Positions 30,101 through 39,163 of a stretch of DNA of 39,821 nt are shown piece after piece; the first letter of the stretch is position 1, and each line of letters begins with the position of its first letter. The notes under the pieces were generated by a model. It ran no database searches, was not told the DNA's origin, and worked only from the letters and a program-made list of their open reading frames with translations. The translations under genes and the position numbers were made by a program. The DNA is from Promethearchaeota archaeon (lineage in GTDB: Archaea > Asgardarchaeota > Lokiarchaeia > Sigyniarchaeales > SOKP01), in assembly GCA_019058015.1 (NCBI GenBank), contig JAHLWH010000279.1, positions 1-39,821 of the forward strand. The letters are read 5' to 3'.

Positions 30101-30247
30101 TTCAATCAATATAGAAATTTAAAGTTTGAAGGCCGGTGTGGAAAATGTGTATATAAAACAATTTGTGGGGGCTGTCGAGCCAAAGTGTTTCTCGCCACCG
30201 ACTCTTACACCAAATCCGATCCAACTTGCATATTAAATAATCAATAA
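30101..30247 (+). pseudogene. Orphan C-terminal fragment of a radical SAM SPASM-domain protein
   Basis: FNQYRNLKFEGRCGKCVYKTICGGCRAKVFLATDSYTKSDPTCILNNQ*; Cx2Cx5CGGCRA...DPxC pattern; preceded by an in-frame TAA, no ATG. Confidence 0.8.
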
Positions 30248-30282
30248 TTGAATAAGATAAAATTATAAAATTATAAAAAATC

Positions 30283-31170
30283 TTATCTTTTGGCTGGAGA
30301 AGCATAGCAATAATCGCAATTATGAATACACTTAAAGATACCTGTATATCCTCCTATATCTTTTGACTTATGACACCCACAATCTTTTCTTTGTCCGGTG
30401 TCTTTAAGTGAGGGTATCTCTTCTTTAACTATTTTTTGGATTTTTATAGCATCAATGCAATGTGCTTGTTCTATTCCATCGATTTTGAGTAAATCCGGCT
30501 GACAGCAAGCCATCATTGTCATTTGGAACTTATCACATACTTTTTTTAATTTTCTGAGAGTTTCTTGTTTCTTTTTAAAAGAGAGTTCAAGAGGTACATT
30601 TCCCCTCGCTAACATTCGTTTTTTTACCTTTAGATAAATATTAGCAAAACTAAATATCATTTCTTTTATTCCAAAACTTGCAATATTCTCTATAATATAA
30701 TCAAATTGTTGCAAATTATGTTTAACTTTATCTGAATCTATTGATTTATAAAATATTATTGGGTCATACCTGAAATTGACCGCAAGAGTTCCGAATTCAT
30801 TGACCAACCATTCAAATTGCTCAAATCTTTTTTCTAATGATATTTTTAGATTTGATTCCAACTCTGAGGGTGTATTAATTGTGAATTGGAAATAGTGCCC
30901 TTTATAGGATTTGAATAAATCATTGTAGTTTTTATAGTATTCAATCCAGGTACTAAAATTTTTACTCCACCATACAAAGCATTTCACATCTTTAGGACTT
31001 AAAGATACTCTATAAACTTGTTTTCGATTGAAAGGATTAACAACATCAACATAACCTTGTTTTATTTTGTCAATAACCCAATCCATAAGGAAAGCAGGGA
31101 TATCTGTTCTTCGGGAACAAGAAATTATTGGAGATTTAACTAATTTGGGGATATCTGTATTTTTAACCAT
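30283..31170 (-). CDS. DUF1848 family protein (radical SAM-like)
   Basis: IIS.SRRTDIPAF, V.NPFN, WSKN, RYDPI, D.GQR..CGC..S.DIG.Y, C.H.C.YCYA. Confidence 0.9.
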   Translation of the reverse strand: MVKNTDIPKLVKSPIISCSRRTDIPAFLMDWVIDKIKQGYVDVVNPFNRKQVYRVSLSPKDVKCFVWWSKNFSTWIEYYKNYNDLFKSYKGHYFQFTINTPSELESNLKISLEKRFEQFEWLVNEFGTLAVNFRYDPIIFYKSIDSDKVKHNLQQFDYIIENIASFGIKEMIFSFANIYLKVKKRMLARGNVPLELSFKKKQETLRKLKKVCDKFQMTMMACCQPDLLKIDGIEQAHCIDAIKIQKIVKEEIPSLKDTGQRKDCGCHKSKDIGGYTGIFKCIHNCDYCYASPAKR

Positions 31171-31224
31171 GTTTTTATATAATTAAAATCAATTCAAAAT
31201 TAATTAATTTTTTTAGATTAAGAA

Positions 31225-31689
31225 ATGGTTAATGTAATGGAGTATAAATTAACAATTCGGAAGGCGGCTTCAAAAGAAGAACTTGAGGAATTATATGATT
31301 TAAGATGGAAATTATTAAGAAAACCTTGGAATCAACCAAAAGGATCCGAAAGAGATGAAAAAGAACATGAATCTTATTCATTCATTGCAATTTTAGATGA
31401 CAAAATTGTTGGAACAGCACGTCTTCATAAAAATAATGAAAAAGAAGGACAAATAAGATACTTAGCAGTTGAAAAAGAATATCAAAAAATGGATATTGGA
31501 AAAAGTTTAATGAAAAAAATTGAAATGCATGCAATAAATCTTGGATTAGAATCTGTTATATTAAACGCTAGAAAAACAGCGGAAAATTTTTTTGAAAAAC
31601 TTGGTTATAAAGTAATTAGAAAAGGTCATACGCTTTTTAATGAAATTGAACATTTTGTAATGAGAAAAAGTTTAATCAATTCAAATTAA
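31225..31689 (+). CDS. GNAT N-acetyltransferase
   Basis: LR..LLRKPW, VGTARL, QIRYLAV...YQ...IGK.L, LNAR, FFEKLGY. Confidence 0.9.
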   Translation: MVNVMEYKLTIRKAASKEELEELYDLRWKLLRKPWNQPKGSERDEKEHESYSFIAILDDKIVGTARLHKNNEKEGQIRYLAVEKEYQKMDIGKSLMKKIEMHAINLGLESVILNARKTAENFFEKLGYKVIRKGHTLFNEIEHFVMRKSLINSN

Positions 31690-31795
31690 TCCAAAGTTTT
31701 ATATTGAGTTTATATCAAGAAAATATTATTATAAATATTATTTTAAAAATAAAATCATAAATACTATTGTTTTATTATATTATCACAATTTTTAG

Positions 31796-33253
31796 GTGAA
31801 AATAAAAATGGTACTGAAAAGTCCAGAAGAATATTTAGAAAGTATAAAGAGACCTGTAAATTTGTATATGTTTGGGGAGAAAATTAAAGACTTCTGGAAT
31901 CATCCAGTAATATTACCTTCAATTAATTCAGTTAAGAAAATTTATGAATTAGCTCAAATCGATGAATATAAAGATTTAATGACAGCAACTTCTCATTTAA
32001 CAGGTGAAACAATAAATCGATTTACCCATATCCATCAATCAGTAGATGACTTGATAAAAAAAGTAAAAATGCAGAGATTAATGGGGCAAAAAACGGCTTG
32101 TTGTTTCCAACGTTGTGTAGGCTTTGATACTGCAAATGCATTATATAGTGTAACTTATGAAATGGATAAGGAATATGGAACAAATTATCATGAACGATTC
32201 AAGAAATACTGGATTGAGGTTCAGAATCAAGATTTGATGGTTGACGGCGCAATGACAGATACAAAGGGAGATCGTAGTAAAAGACCGAACAAACAAACAG
32301 ATCTGGATGCATTTTTACATATTGTGGATGAGAATGATGATGGAATTATAGTAAGGGGTGCAAAAATTCATCAGACAGGATTCTTAAACTCACACAGAGC
32401 CATCATTATGCCAACTTTATCTTTACGGCCCGGTGAAGAGGAATATGCTGTTAGTTTTGGAGTTGATACAAATGAAAAGGGAATAACATTAATATATGGA
32501 AGGCAATCATGCGATACTCGTAAAATGGAAAAAGGAAAATTAGATATTGGAAATTATAAATACGGAGGTCAAGAAATATTTGTAATTTTTGAAGATGTAT
32601 TTATCCCAAATGATCGTATTTTTATGAAGAGAGAGATTAAATTTTCGGGAGAATTAGTTAATCGATTTGCGGGATTTCATCGTCAATCATATGGTGGTTG
32701 CAAAGTAGGTGTAGGAGATGTTCTTATTGGTGCAACATCTTTGATTTCAGAATATAATGGAGTAGAAAAAGCCAGTCACATTCAAGATAAATTAGTTGAG
32801 ATGGTACATTTAAATGAAACCCTTTATAGTTGTGGAATTGCTTGTAGTTCATTAGGATTTCAGAGAGAAGCTGGGAATTATGAAATGGACATGCTTTTAG
32901 CAAATGTATGCAAACAAAATGTTACTCGTTTTCCGTATGAAATTGGTAGATTAGCAGAAGATATTGCAGGAGGGATTATTTGTACATTACCATCTGAGGC
33001 AGATTTTAATTCTGAAGTAGTCGGATCTTTATTAAAGAAATATCTCAGTACATGCAATGAAGTTTCTGTTGAAGATCGATATAAAGTCTTACGCTTCATA
33101 GAGAATTTAACTATGGGTGTTGCTTCCGTGAGTTATAGAACAGAGTCAATGCATGGGGCAGGGTCCCCTCAAGCTCAGAGAATAATGATAAGAAGACAAG
33201 CAAATTTAGAAAGTAAAAAGAAACTAATTAAGGAGATTCTAGATATTAATTAA
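31796..33253 (+). CDS. abfD: 4-hydroxybutyryl-CoA dehydratase/vinylacetyl-CoA isomerase
   Basis: Fe-S ligand motifs CFQRCVG.D and HRQSYGGCK, GAMTD.KGDR, ESMHGAGSPQAQR. Likely start is the ATG at 31808. Confidence 0.9.
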   Translation: MKIKMVLKSPEEYLESIKRPVNLYMFGEKIKDFWNHPVILPSINSVKKIYELAQIDEYKDLMTATSHLTGETINRFTHIHQSVDDLIKKVKMQRLMGQKTACCFQRCVGFDTANALYSVTYEMDKEYGTNYHERFKKYWIEVQNQDLMVDGAMTDTKGDRSKRPNKQTDLDAFLHIVDENDDGIIVRGAKIHQTGFLNSHRAIIMPTLSLRPGEEEYAVSFGVDTNEKGITLIYGRQSCDTRKMEKGKLDIGNYKYGGQEIFVIFEDVFIPNDRIFMKREIKFSGELVNRFAGFHRQSYGGCKVGVGDVLIGATSLISEYNGVEKASHIQDKLVEMVHLNETLYSCGIACSSLGFQREAGNYEMDMLLANVCKQNVTRFPYEIGRLAEDIAGGIICTLPSEADFNSEVVGSLLKKYLSTCNEVSVEDRYKVLRFIENLTMGVASVSYRTESMHGAGSPQAQRIMIRRQANLESKKKLIKEILDIN

Positions 33254-33330
33254 AAATCAATATTAATGATTGAATCTTTAATTCCTTATTCTTTATTAAA
33301 TTTTAAATAAACATTATATTAGTTAAGATT

Positions 33331-34350
33331 ATGATTCCTTCTATTGAATGGATTGAAAATAAAGTCAAAATGATCGACCAAACAATTCTACCGCACAAAC
33401 TTGAATTTTTAGAATTTGAAGATTACAGAGATATCGCGAAAGCTATAAAGATAATGAATATAAGGGGTGCTCCTGCTATAGGTGTTGCAGCTGCGATGGG
33501 AATGGCCCTAGCTTCTATTGAATTTAAAAATAAAAATAAAGAAGAGTTTCTGAGCTCATTAAAAGAGGCAGGAGAATTAATAAAACAGACAAGACCTACG
33601 GCTGTAAATTTATTTTGGGCAGTAGATCGGATTTTAAATAAGATTGAGGGAGTTGATAAAAAATCTAGTGAGCTTTCTGAAATCATAATAGATGAAGCAA
33701 AAAAAATGTGGCAGGAAGATATTGACACGAACAAGAGTATTGGTAAATATGGAGCAGAATTACTAGATGATGGAGATACAATCCAAACACATTGCAATGC
33801 AGGCTCCCTTGCAACTGTTCAATATGGTACTGCACTAGCTCCGGTAAGAGTTACTATTGAACAAGGTAAAAAAATTTCAGTAGTTGCTGACGAAACCAGA
33901 CCGAGATTACAAGGTGCACGATTAACTGCTTTTGAATTGCAATATGATAAGATTCCAGTAAGCGTCATTTCAGATGGTTCCTCAGGTTTAATGATGAGAT
34001 TAGGAAAAATCCAAAAAGTCATAGTTGGAGCAGATCGAATTACATCAGATGGCGTTTTTAATAAAATTGGAACATATATGGTCGCTTTAGCTGCTCAAGA
34101 TAATAAAATCCCATTTTATGTAGCAGCTCCCGTATCAACTTTATCAATGAGCGAATCATTTGAAGATGTCAAAATTGAACAAAGAGATTCTAAAGAAGTA
34201 AGTCATGTGTTAGGAAAAGTTCAAATTGTTCCAGAAGGGGTTAATTGTATTAATTATGCTTTTGATTTTACTCCTTTCGAATTAGTTACAGCTGTTATTA
34301 CTGAAGATGGGGTTTTCTCACCTAAAGATTTGGTGGAAAAATATACCTAA
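33331..34350 (+). CDS. mtnA: Methylthioribose-1-phosphate isomerase (eIF-2B alpha family)
   Basis: DQT.LP, IRGAPAIG, RPTAVNL, THCNAGSLAT..YGTA, DETRP.LQGARLT, NKIGTY. Confidence 0.92.
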   Translation: MIPSIEWIENKVKMIDQTILPHKLEFLEFEDYRDIAKAIKIMNIRGAPAIGVAAAMGMALASIEFKNKNKEEFLSSLKEAGELIKQTRPTAVNLFWAVDRILNKIEGVDKKSSELSEIIIDEAKKMWQEDIDTNKSIGKYGAELLDDGDTIQTHCNAGSLATVQYGTALAPVRVTIEQGKKISVVADETRPRLQGARLTAFELQYDKIPVSVISDGSSGLMMRLGKIQKVIVGADRITSDGVFNKIGTYMVALAAQDNKIPFYVAAPVSTLSMSESFEDVKIEQRDSKEVSHVLGKVQIVPEGVNCINYAFDFTPFELVTAVITEDGVFSPKDLVEKYT

Positions 34351-34484
34351 ACAGAGATGAAAGTAAACTTTTAAGTATATCATCATTGAAATGACTAAGT
34401 GATTTAGATAACAAAATGCGAAGTATTAATCTACATCCAAAGAAACCCAAATTTTTTTAACATTATTATTAAATAATATATTTA

Positions 34485-34892
34485 ATGGAATTAACTTATA
34501 AAAATGCACATCGAATATCATCTGGAATAACCTTTATCATTAGTATAATCTGGTGGAGTATTTTTTAATTATTTCTTAGTTTAGATACAAATAGTTTCAT
34601 TATATGTGGAACCCTTGCAGGATTTGGTATTATTAAGTTTATTATAGAATCAATTCGTGATGACAACCCAGAAAGACCTAATAAATTTGAAGTAATAATT
34701 ACTTATTTAATAGGAATAATTTCGCTTGTAATTTGTCTTCTATTTAACTCCCTTTATTATCTTTTTATCTCCCTTATTTTCTTGAGTGCCGCACTAGTAT
34801 TCCATTTTTCATTCATTGCTTTAAAAAAACAGGGGGGCAAGAGAATATATCAACATAATGAATTGGAGCATGTTGATTGTGAGAAAATTTAA
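34485..34892 (+). pseudogene. Multi-TM membrane protein interrupted by an in-frame TAA at 34566-34568
   Basis: MELTYKNAHRISSGITFIISIIWWSIF*LFLSLDTNSFIICGTLAGFGIIKFII...; one frame of 135 codons plus terminal stop, with a single internal stop. Confidence 0.65.
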
Positions 34893-34913
34893 ATGATTAT
34901 TAAGGAGTTTACC

Positions 34914-35897
34914 CTAATTACTAAGGAAATTGTCTAATTCTCTCTTAAAGTCATATAGGGTTTTAATTCTACTAATATTATTTCTAAATACTGTTGCATT
35001 TTTCATAAATTTGGATAACCATAAAGAATTTCTTTTTAACTCAACAAATTTAAAATCATCATGAGGGTAATCAATCCCGGAAAGAAAGGTATCAATACAA
35101 TTTTCATAAATTTCTATCATATTTTTCAATGAATCCTTTTGGACTTTGTAAGTTTCTTTCTTTCCCGTTTTTAAATATTTTTCAATAGCCGAAAAAATTT
35201 GTGGATTCCCCATGGACTCTCTTCCAATCATTATTGCATCAACTCCTGTATAATCTAACATTTTTTTAGCAGACTCCAGATCAAAGATATCTCCATTGCC
35301 AACAACCGGAATTGATACCGATTCTTTTAATTTTTTTATTGTCTCTAATTCTACAGTTGTACTTTGAAATCGACTTATTACAGTTCTACCATGTAATGTT
35401 ATAAATTCAAAACCTAAATCTTCTACTATCTTCCCTATATCTAAATACACATTAGGTTTATAAAATCCCGTTCTCAGTTTTAGTGAAACTGGTTTATTTG
35501 AATATTTTATTATCGTATTTAAAATTGCTTTTAATAAATCAATGTCTTTTAATAGATATCCTCCCTCTTTTGAATTAATAGCTCTTCTGGAAGGACACCC
35601 TGCATTAAAATCCAATATATTAAAATCATAACTATTAAGAAAATCAACGCTCATTTTAACTGATTCGGTATCAGGGCCAATTATTTGGACACTAATTGGT
35701 TCCTCTTTTTCAATTTTAAAGAGTTCATGCTCAACGGATTCTGGCTTGCCTGCAAACCTTTTTGAATATAACATAGGCACTGAAACCAATCCAATGGCTC
35801 CAAAATGGCGGCAAAACCTTCTATACGGCCCTGTTGAAATATTTAATAAAGGTGCCAAAATTAAATTATTTTCGAGTTTTAATTTTCCTAATTGCAT
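34914..35897 (-). CDS. dus: tRNA-dihydrouridine synthase
   Basis: LILAPL, P..VQI.G, DFNAGCP, G..LL, PVS.K.R.G, LHGRT, PV.GNGDI, GVDAIMIGR...GNP. Confidence 0.9.
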   Translation of the reverse strand: MQLGKLKLENNLILAPLLNISTGPYRRFCRHFGAIGLVSVPMLYSKRFAGKPESVEHELFKIEKEEPISVQIIGPDTESVKMSVDFLNSYDFNILDFNAGCPSRRAINSKEGGYLLKDIDLLKAILNTIIKYSNKPVSLKLRTGFYKPNVYLDIGKIVEDLGFEFITLHGRTVISRFQSTTVELETIKKLKESVSIPVVGNGDIFDLESAKKMLDYTGVDAIMIGRESMGNPQIFSAIEKYLKTGKKETYKVQKDSLKNMIEIYENCIDTFLSGIDYPHDDFKFVELKRNSLWLSKFMKNATVFRNNISRIKTLYDFKRELDNFLSN

Positions 35898-35979
35898 TTA
35901 CATGAATATTAACAGTTTTTAATTATATTTCATTTAATATTAAAAAAGATTTAATTGTTTTTCTTCTTGATTAATAATT

Positions 35980-36462
35980 ATGTATGAGTTTCCGAAAAAA
36001 TTAAAAACTCTCAAATATCATGAAAATCAATCCTTCGCTTTACATAAAAATCTAATTTTATTACATAATAAATCGAGAATTCGCAAATTAATAACGGATT
36101 TGCAAATCTTGTTTAAAGAGAGGATTGGAATACCTTTAGACGCTACTGCTATTAGAGATAGTTATCTTAAAAAGAAACATTTTGATAAATATCTAATTTT
36201 ACTATGTGCCGAATTAGAAGAAGAAAAGGAATTAGATACAATAATTGATAAATATGAAAACGTTCAATTAAAAAGTGGAGCCTACGAAATAGAAGTAACC
36301 AAAGAATTCACTCTACTTAAAGCAATTGATTTTAAGGGTTTTGAAAAGGGAGTTAATACATTAAAAATCATTTTAGAGCAAACCTTCTCTAACTATTTTA
36401 AAGAAAATGAATTTGAAAAGTATATGCAAATTCCTTCTTTATCAATTTTAGATGAGATATAG
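35980..36462 (+). CDS. Hypothetical protein resembling a stand-alone GH20 N-terminal (domain 2) module
   Basis: GAYEIEV...LLKAID.KG...GVNTL..IL...IPSLSILD resembles E.Y.L.V...I.A....G..YG..TL.QL...LP...I.D. Confidence 0.55.
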   Translation: MYEFPKKLKTLKYHENQSFALHKNLILLHNKSRIRKLITDLQILFKERIGIPLDATAIRDSYLKKKHFDKYLILLCAELEEEKELDTIIDKYENVQLKSGAYEIEVTKEFTLLKAIDFKGFEKGVNTLKIILEQTFSNYFKENEFEKYMQIPSLSILDEI

Positions 36463-36522
36463 AATGATTTAAATCATTTCCATAAAAAAAATAATTAAAA
36501 AATATAATAGGAAAAAAATTAC

Positions 36523-36674
36523 TTATTTTGGGATAAATTTCCAAGGATCTTGTTTAACTAAATTCCAAGATTTTTCAGCATAATCCTGGATCATTCTGTG
36601 AATATTGAAATACGCAGCAGTTGCAATGGCATTTTTCATCCGCCAAAGCCACTCATCCTGGTCCATGTAAGTGG
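36523..36674 (-). pseudogene. Orphan 3' end of alpha-glucan (glycogen/starch) phosphorylase, copy B
   Basis: TYMDQDEWLWRMKNAIATAAYFNIHRMIQDYAEKSWNLVKQDPWKFIPK*; W...MKN.I....YFN.HRM..DY pattern of phosphorylase C-termini. Confidence 0.8.
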
Positions 36675-36728
36675 TAAAAATAAAAAAAAAGAAATTTATT
36701 TATATTATTATACGATAAAATTTGCTTC

Positions 36729-38300
36729 TCAACTCAAAAGGGCCATTATCTCCCCTAATTCTTTCATTTTTTTCATTCCGCTAATTTTTAACTTTCTGGT
36801 AAGCATCTTAAATAACGCTGAAATTTTGGATATATTTCCACTACTAAAATCAAAAAACAATTCAGCAGTGCATACCATTGAGGCATCAACTTCAAGGTTT
36901 TCCAGTGTTTCTTTGTCGTTTCTAATATGTTTTACATCCAATTTACCATTTTCTACTGTAATTAAAGCTCCATACTTCTGGTCTGTGAGATTATATAAAA
37001 TTTTTAATGTTTTATCTTTGTACTTTTCTTTAAACTCTTCTATATTATTTATGGGTTCCATTTGTTGCCATAGTAATCCTGCAAGCCCTCTTCTAACTTC
37101 TGTTTTTGGAAATGGCGTGGGTTTTTGTTTCCATTCATTAAAAGACTCCCTATGTGGTAACTCAAATTCAATGATATCCAAATTATCAGCTATTGGTAAT
37201 TTCCCATAAGTCTTAACTGCTGCTACAGCAGCGTGGATATGATCTGATGGAGCATCAGCCGGGATATTAGCTAAAAAAATGGACAAATTATGATCTCGAG
37301 CAAAAGCATCTATAAATCTCTTTATATTGTCTACAATTTTTTCAGCTGGACCATCACGGAGCAATCGAGCATTAACACCTGCTGTAATTGTCACTTTTTG
37401 ACCTTTTTTTCGATACTTTGCTGTGTAATCTCGAACAGCTTCCATAGGATATTCATGCCAACGTCCCATTGCAAGAAATAAAGCGGGAGCACCCGTACTG
37501 GCAATTTGGACATCAAAACTTCCATGCAAAATTTCTGGATCAAATTTTTCTAGTCGTTCTTCGCAATAATCACCACTAACGTTCATAGCTACTACACCAA
37601 ATTTCTTAATTTTTTTCGATAGGCGTAAATTATAGGGTACTACCCACTCCATCATTTCCTTTACTGATAAATTTGGGATACAAGCCCAAGCATCAGCCCC
37701 CACCGCCATAAGAGCTCCGGAATATTCGTTTTGTACTTTAATGTACGGAACCAAAACATCGTCTACAATAAATTGAAATAGTTCATGAGCAAATTGTGGA
37801 TTTTTTCTCATAGCTTTAATAAGCGCTGGATACCCCATCATTCCAACTGCCATGCTAAATGGTGCGCAAAAAAATCCTGTACTAAATCCATATTCGCAAC
37901 CTCGATCCATTAATTCAAAAACAAAAGGAAATCGTCCGTCTTTGTGAAAATTTATTCTCTTCTTTTTAAGTCTTTTCAAATCTTCGGGATTCTTGATAAG
38001 TGGTTCACGAAAATCGATAGTAGGCATTGAATTTTCGCCATAAATCATCTTTCCTCCTAATGCCTCTATTTCAATATTATAGGCATCAAGTCCAAGCGCG
38101 ATACTATCAAACCCATAATAACCTGCTACTAAAGTACCAGCTTCAATATTTGATTCTATTTCAGTATAAAACTTCTTTCCAGAGATTCCTGCTAATCTCA
38201 TAGTATGATCATGACATTGAACAGCAATTTGAAGCCTATCTTTTCCTCCAACACCAAAAACACTACCCAAATCTTTTTTTACTTCTCCTGTTTGAGCCAT
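36729..38300 (-). CDS. Uroporphyrinogen-decarboxylase-family (MtaA/CmuA-like) methyltransferase fused to a C-terminal SCP2-like domain
   Basis: YNIE.EALG, PLIK...DL, GR.P, APFS.A...G, P.F.HEL, L..G..E.I, IP...P...I.A.V.A...YG; C-terminal DA.M....F..FSSG......LF.....KLKISG. Confidence 0.8.
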   Translation of the reverse strand: MAQTGEVKKDLGSVFGVGGKDRLQIAVQCHDHTMRLAGISGKKFYTEIESNIEAGTLVAGYYGFDSIALGLDAYNIEIEALGGKMIYGENSMPTIDFREPLIKNPEDLKRLKKKRINFHKDGRFPFVFELMDRGCEYGFSTGFFCAPFSMAVGMMGYPALIKAMRKNPQFAHELFQFIVDDVLVPYIKVQNEYSGALMAVGADAWACIPNLSVKEMMEWVVPYNLRLSKKIKKFGVVAMNVSGDYCEERLEKFDPEILHGSFDVQIASTGAPALFLAMGRWHEYPMEAVRDYTAKYRKKGQKVTITAGVNARLLRDGPAEKIVDNIKRFIDAFARDHNLSIFLANIPADAPSDHIHAAVAAVKTYGKLPIADNLDIIEFELPHRESFNEWKQKPTPFPKTEVRRGLAGLLWQQMEPINNIEEFKEKYKDKTLKILYNLTDQKYGALITVENGKLDVKHIRNDKETLENLEVDASMVCTAELFFDFSSGNISKISALFKMLTRKLKISGMKKMKELGEIMALLS

Positions 38301-38301
38301 T

Positions 38302-38976
38302 TTAATCCACCCCCAGAACCTTTTTAGCTTTTTCTACAGCATCAAAAGCATCTTTTCCCCAAGCATCCGCTCCGATTTCATCAGCAAATTCTTGTGTAGT
38401 TGGTACACCCCCCACCATTACTTTAACATTAGTTCTTAAACCTTCTGTTTGAAGTTTTTTTAGGATTTCCTTCATTTCCAGCATTGTGGTTGTCATGTAG
38501 CATCCTAATCCTAAAATATCTGGTTTCAATTCTTTTACTTTACTTATAAAAGTTTCAGTAGGAACATCCTCTCCCAAATCTATTACTTCGAATCCACCAC
38601 TTCTTAGAGTTGCTTTTACCATTATTTTACCTAGATTATGCATATCACCAGCTACAGTACCAATAATTACTTTCCCAGCCTTCCCAATCTCCTCTGCAGA
38701 TAATTGGGGCTCAACAACCTCCATAGCCATTCGGAATGCCTCAGCACTCATCACAACATCTGGCAGAAAATATTCATTTCGTTTCCATAGTTCTCCAGCT
38801 TCTTGAATACCAGGTACAACACCTTCATTCACTATTCGTAAAGATTCAATCTCTTCTTTGAGCGCTTTTTGGGTTAAATCATAGGCCAAATCATCCTCAC
38901 CTTCGAGTACTGCTTTTTTTATTTCCAATAAAATATCAGATTCATCTATAATTATATCAACTCTTTTTTTATCCAC
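38302..38976 (-). CDS. Corrinoid-binding protein (MtaC/MttC-like)
   Basis: EYFLPDVVMSAEA cap domain, GTVAGDMHNLGK (DxHxxG), GFEVIDLG.DVP, VMVGG.P, IGAD. Confidence 0.92.
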   Translation of the reverse strand: MDKKRVDIIIDESDILLEIKKAVLEGEDDLAYDLTQKALKEEIESLRIVNEGVVPGIQEAGELWKRNEYFLPDVVMSAEAFRMAMEVVEPQLSAEEIGKAGKVIIGTVAGDMHNLGKIMVKATLRSGGFEVIDLGEDVPTETFISKVKELKPDILGLGCYMTTTMLEMKEILKKLQTEGLRTNVKVMVGGVPTTQEFADEIGADAWGKDAFDAVEKAKKVLGVD

Positions 38977-39030
38977 TTCTTAAAATCTAATTCATTTTTA
39001 ATTAGACATTTAAAACTTACGCTACATCAT

Positions 39031-39046
39031 ATTTATAAACTTTTTC
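39031..39046 (-). promoter_or_regulatory. Putative archaeal BRE and TATA box for the corrinoid/methyltransferase operon
   Basis: Minus strand reads GAAAAAG-TTTATAAAT about 55 nt upstream of the GTG at 38976. Confidence 0.4.
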
Positions 39047-39163
39047 ACAATTAATCGATTATTTATAGAATATGTCATAAACTATATTATGAGAAGTATT
39101 ATCAATACTTTCAACCTATTACTGTTAAATTTAAAAAGAAAAAAAATCTTTAGGGTCAATATT

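Noticed and set aside
30102-30305. 67-aa minus-strand ORF
   Set aside because: It is the antisense shadow of the SPASM fragment on the plus strand.
1272-37481. Antisense or alternate-frame ORFs in the track (1272-1604, 1827-2120, 3816-4160, 9740-9946, 10093-10320, 12490-12708, 19909-20409, 20579-20911, 20803-21048, 21295-21558, 22104-22304, 26618-26818, 32878-33099, 33423-33797, 33819-34022, 36598-37209, 37290-37481)
   Set aside because: They overlap well-supported genes on the opposite strand, have shadow-like F/S/I/L-rich composition, and show no recognisable motifs.
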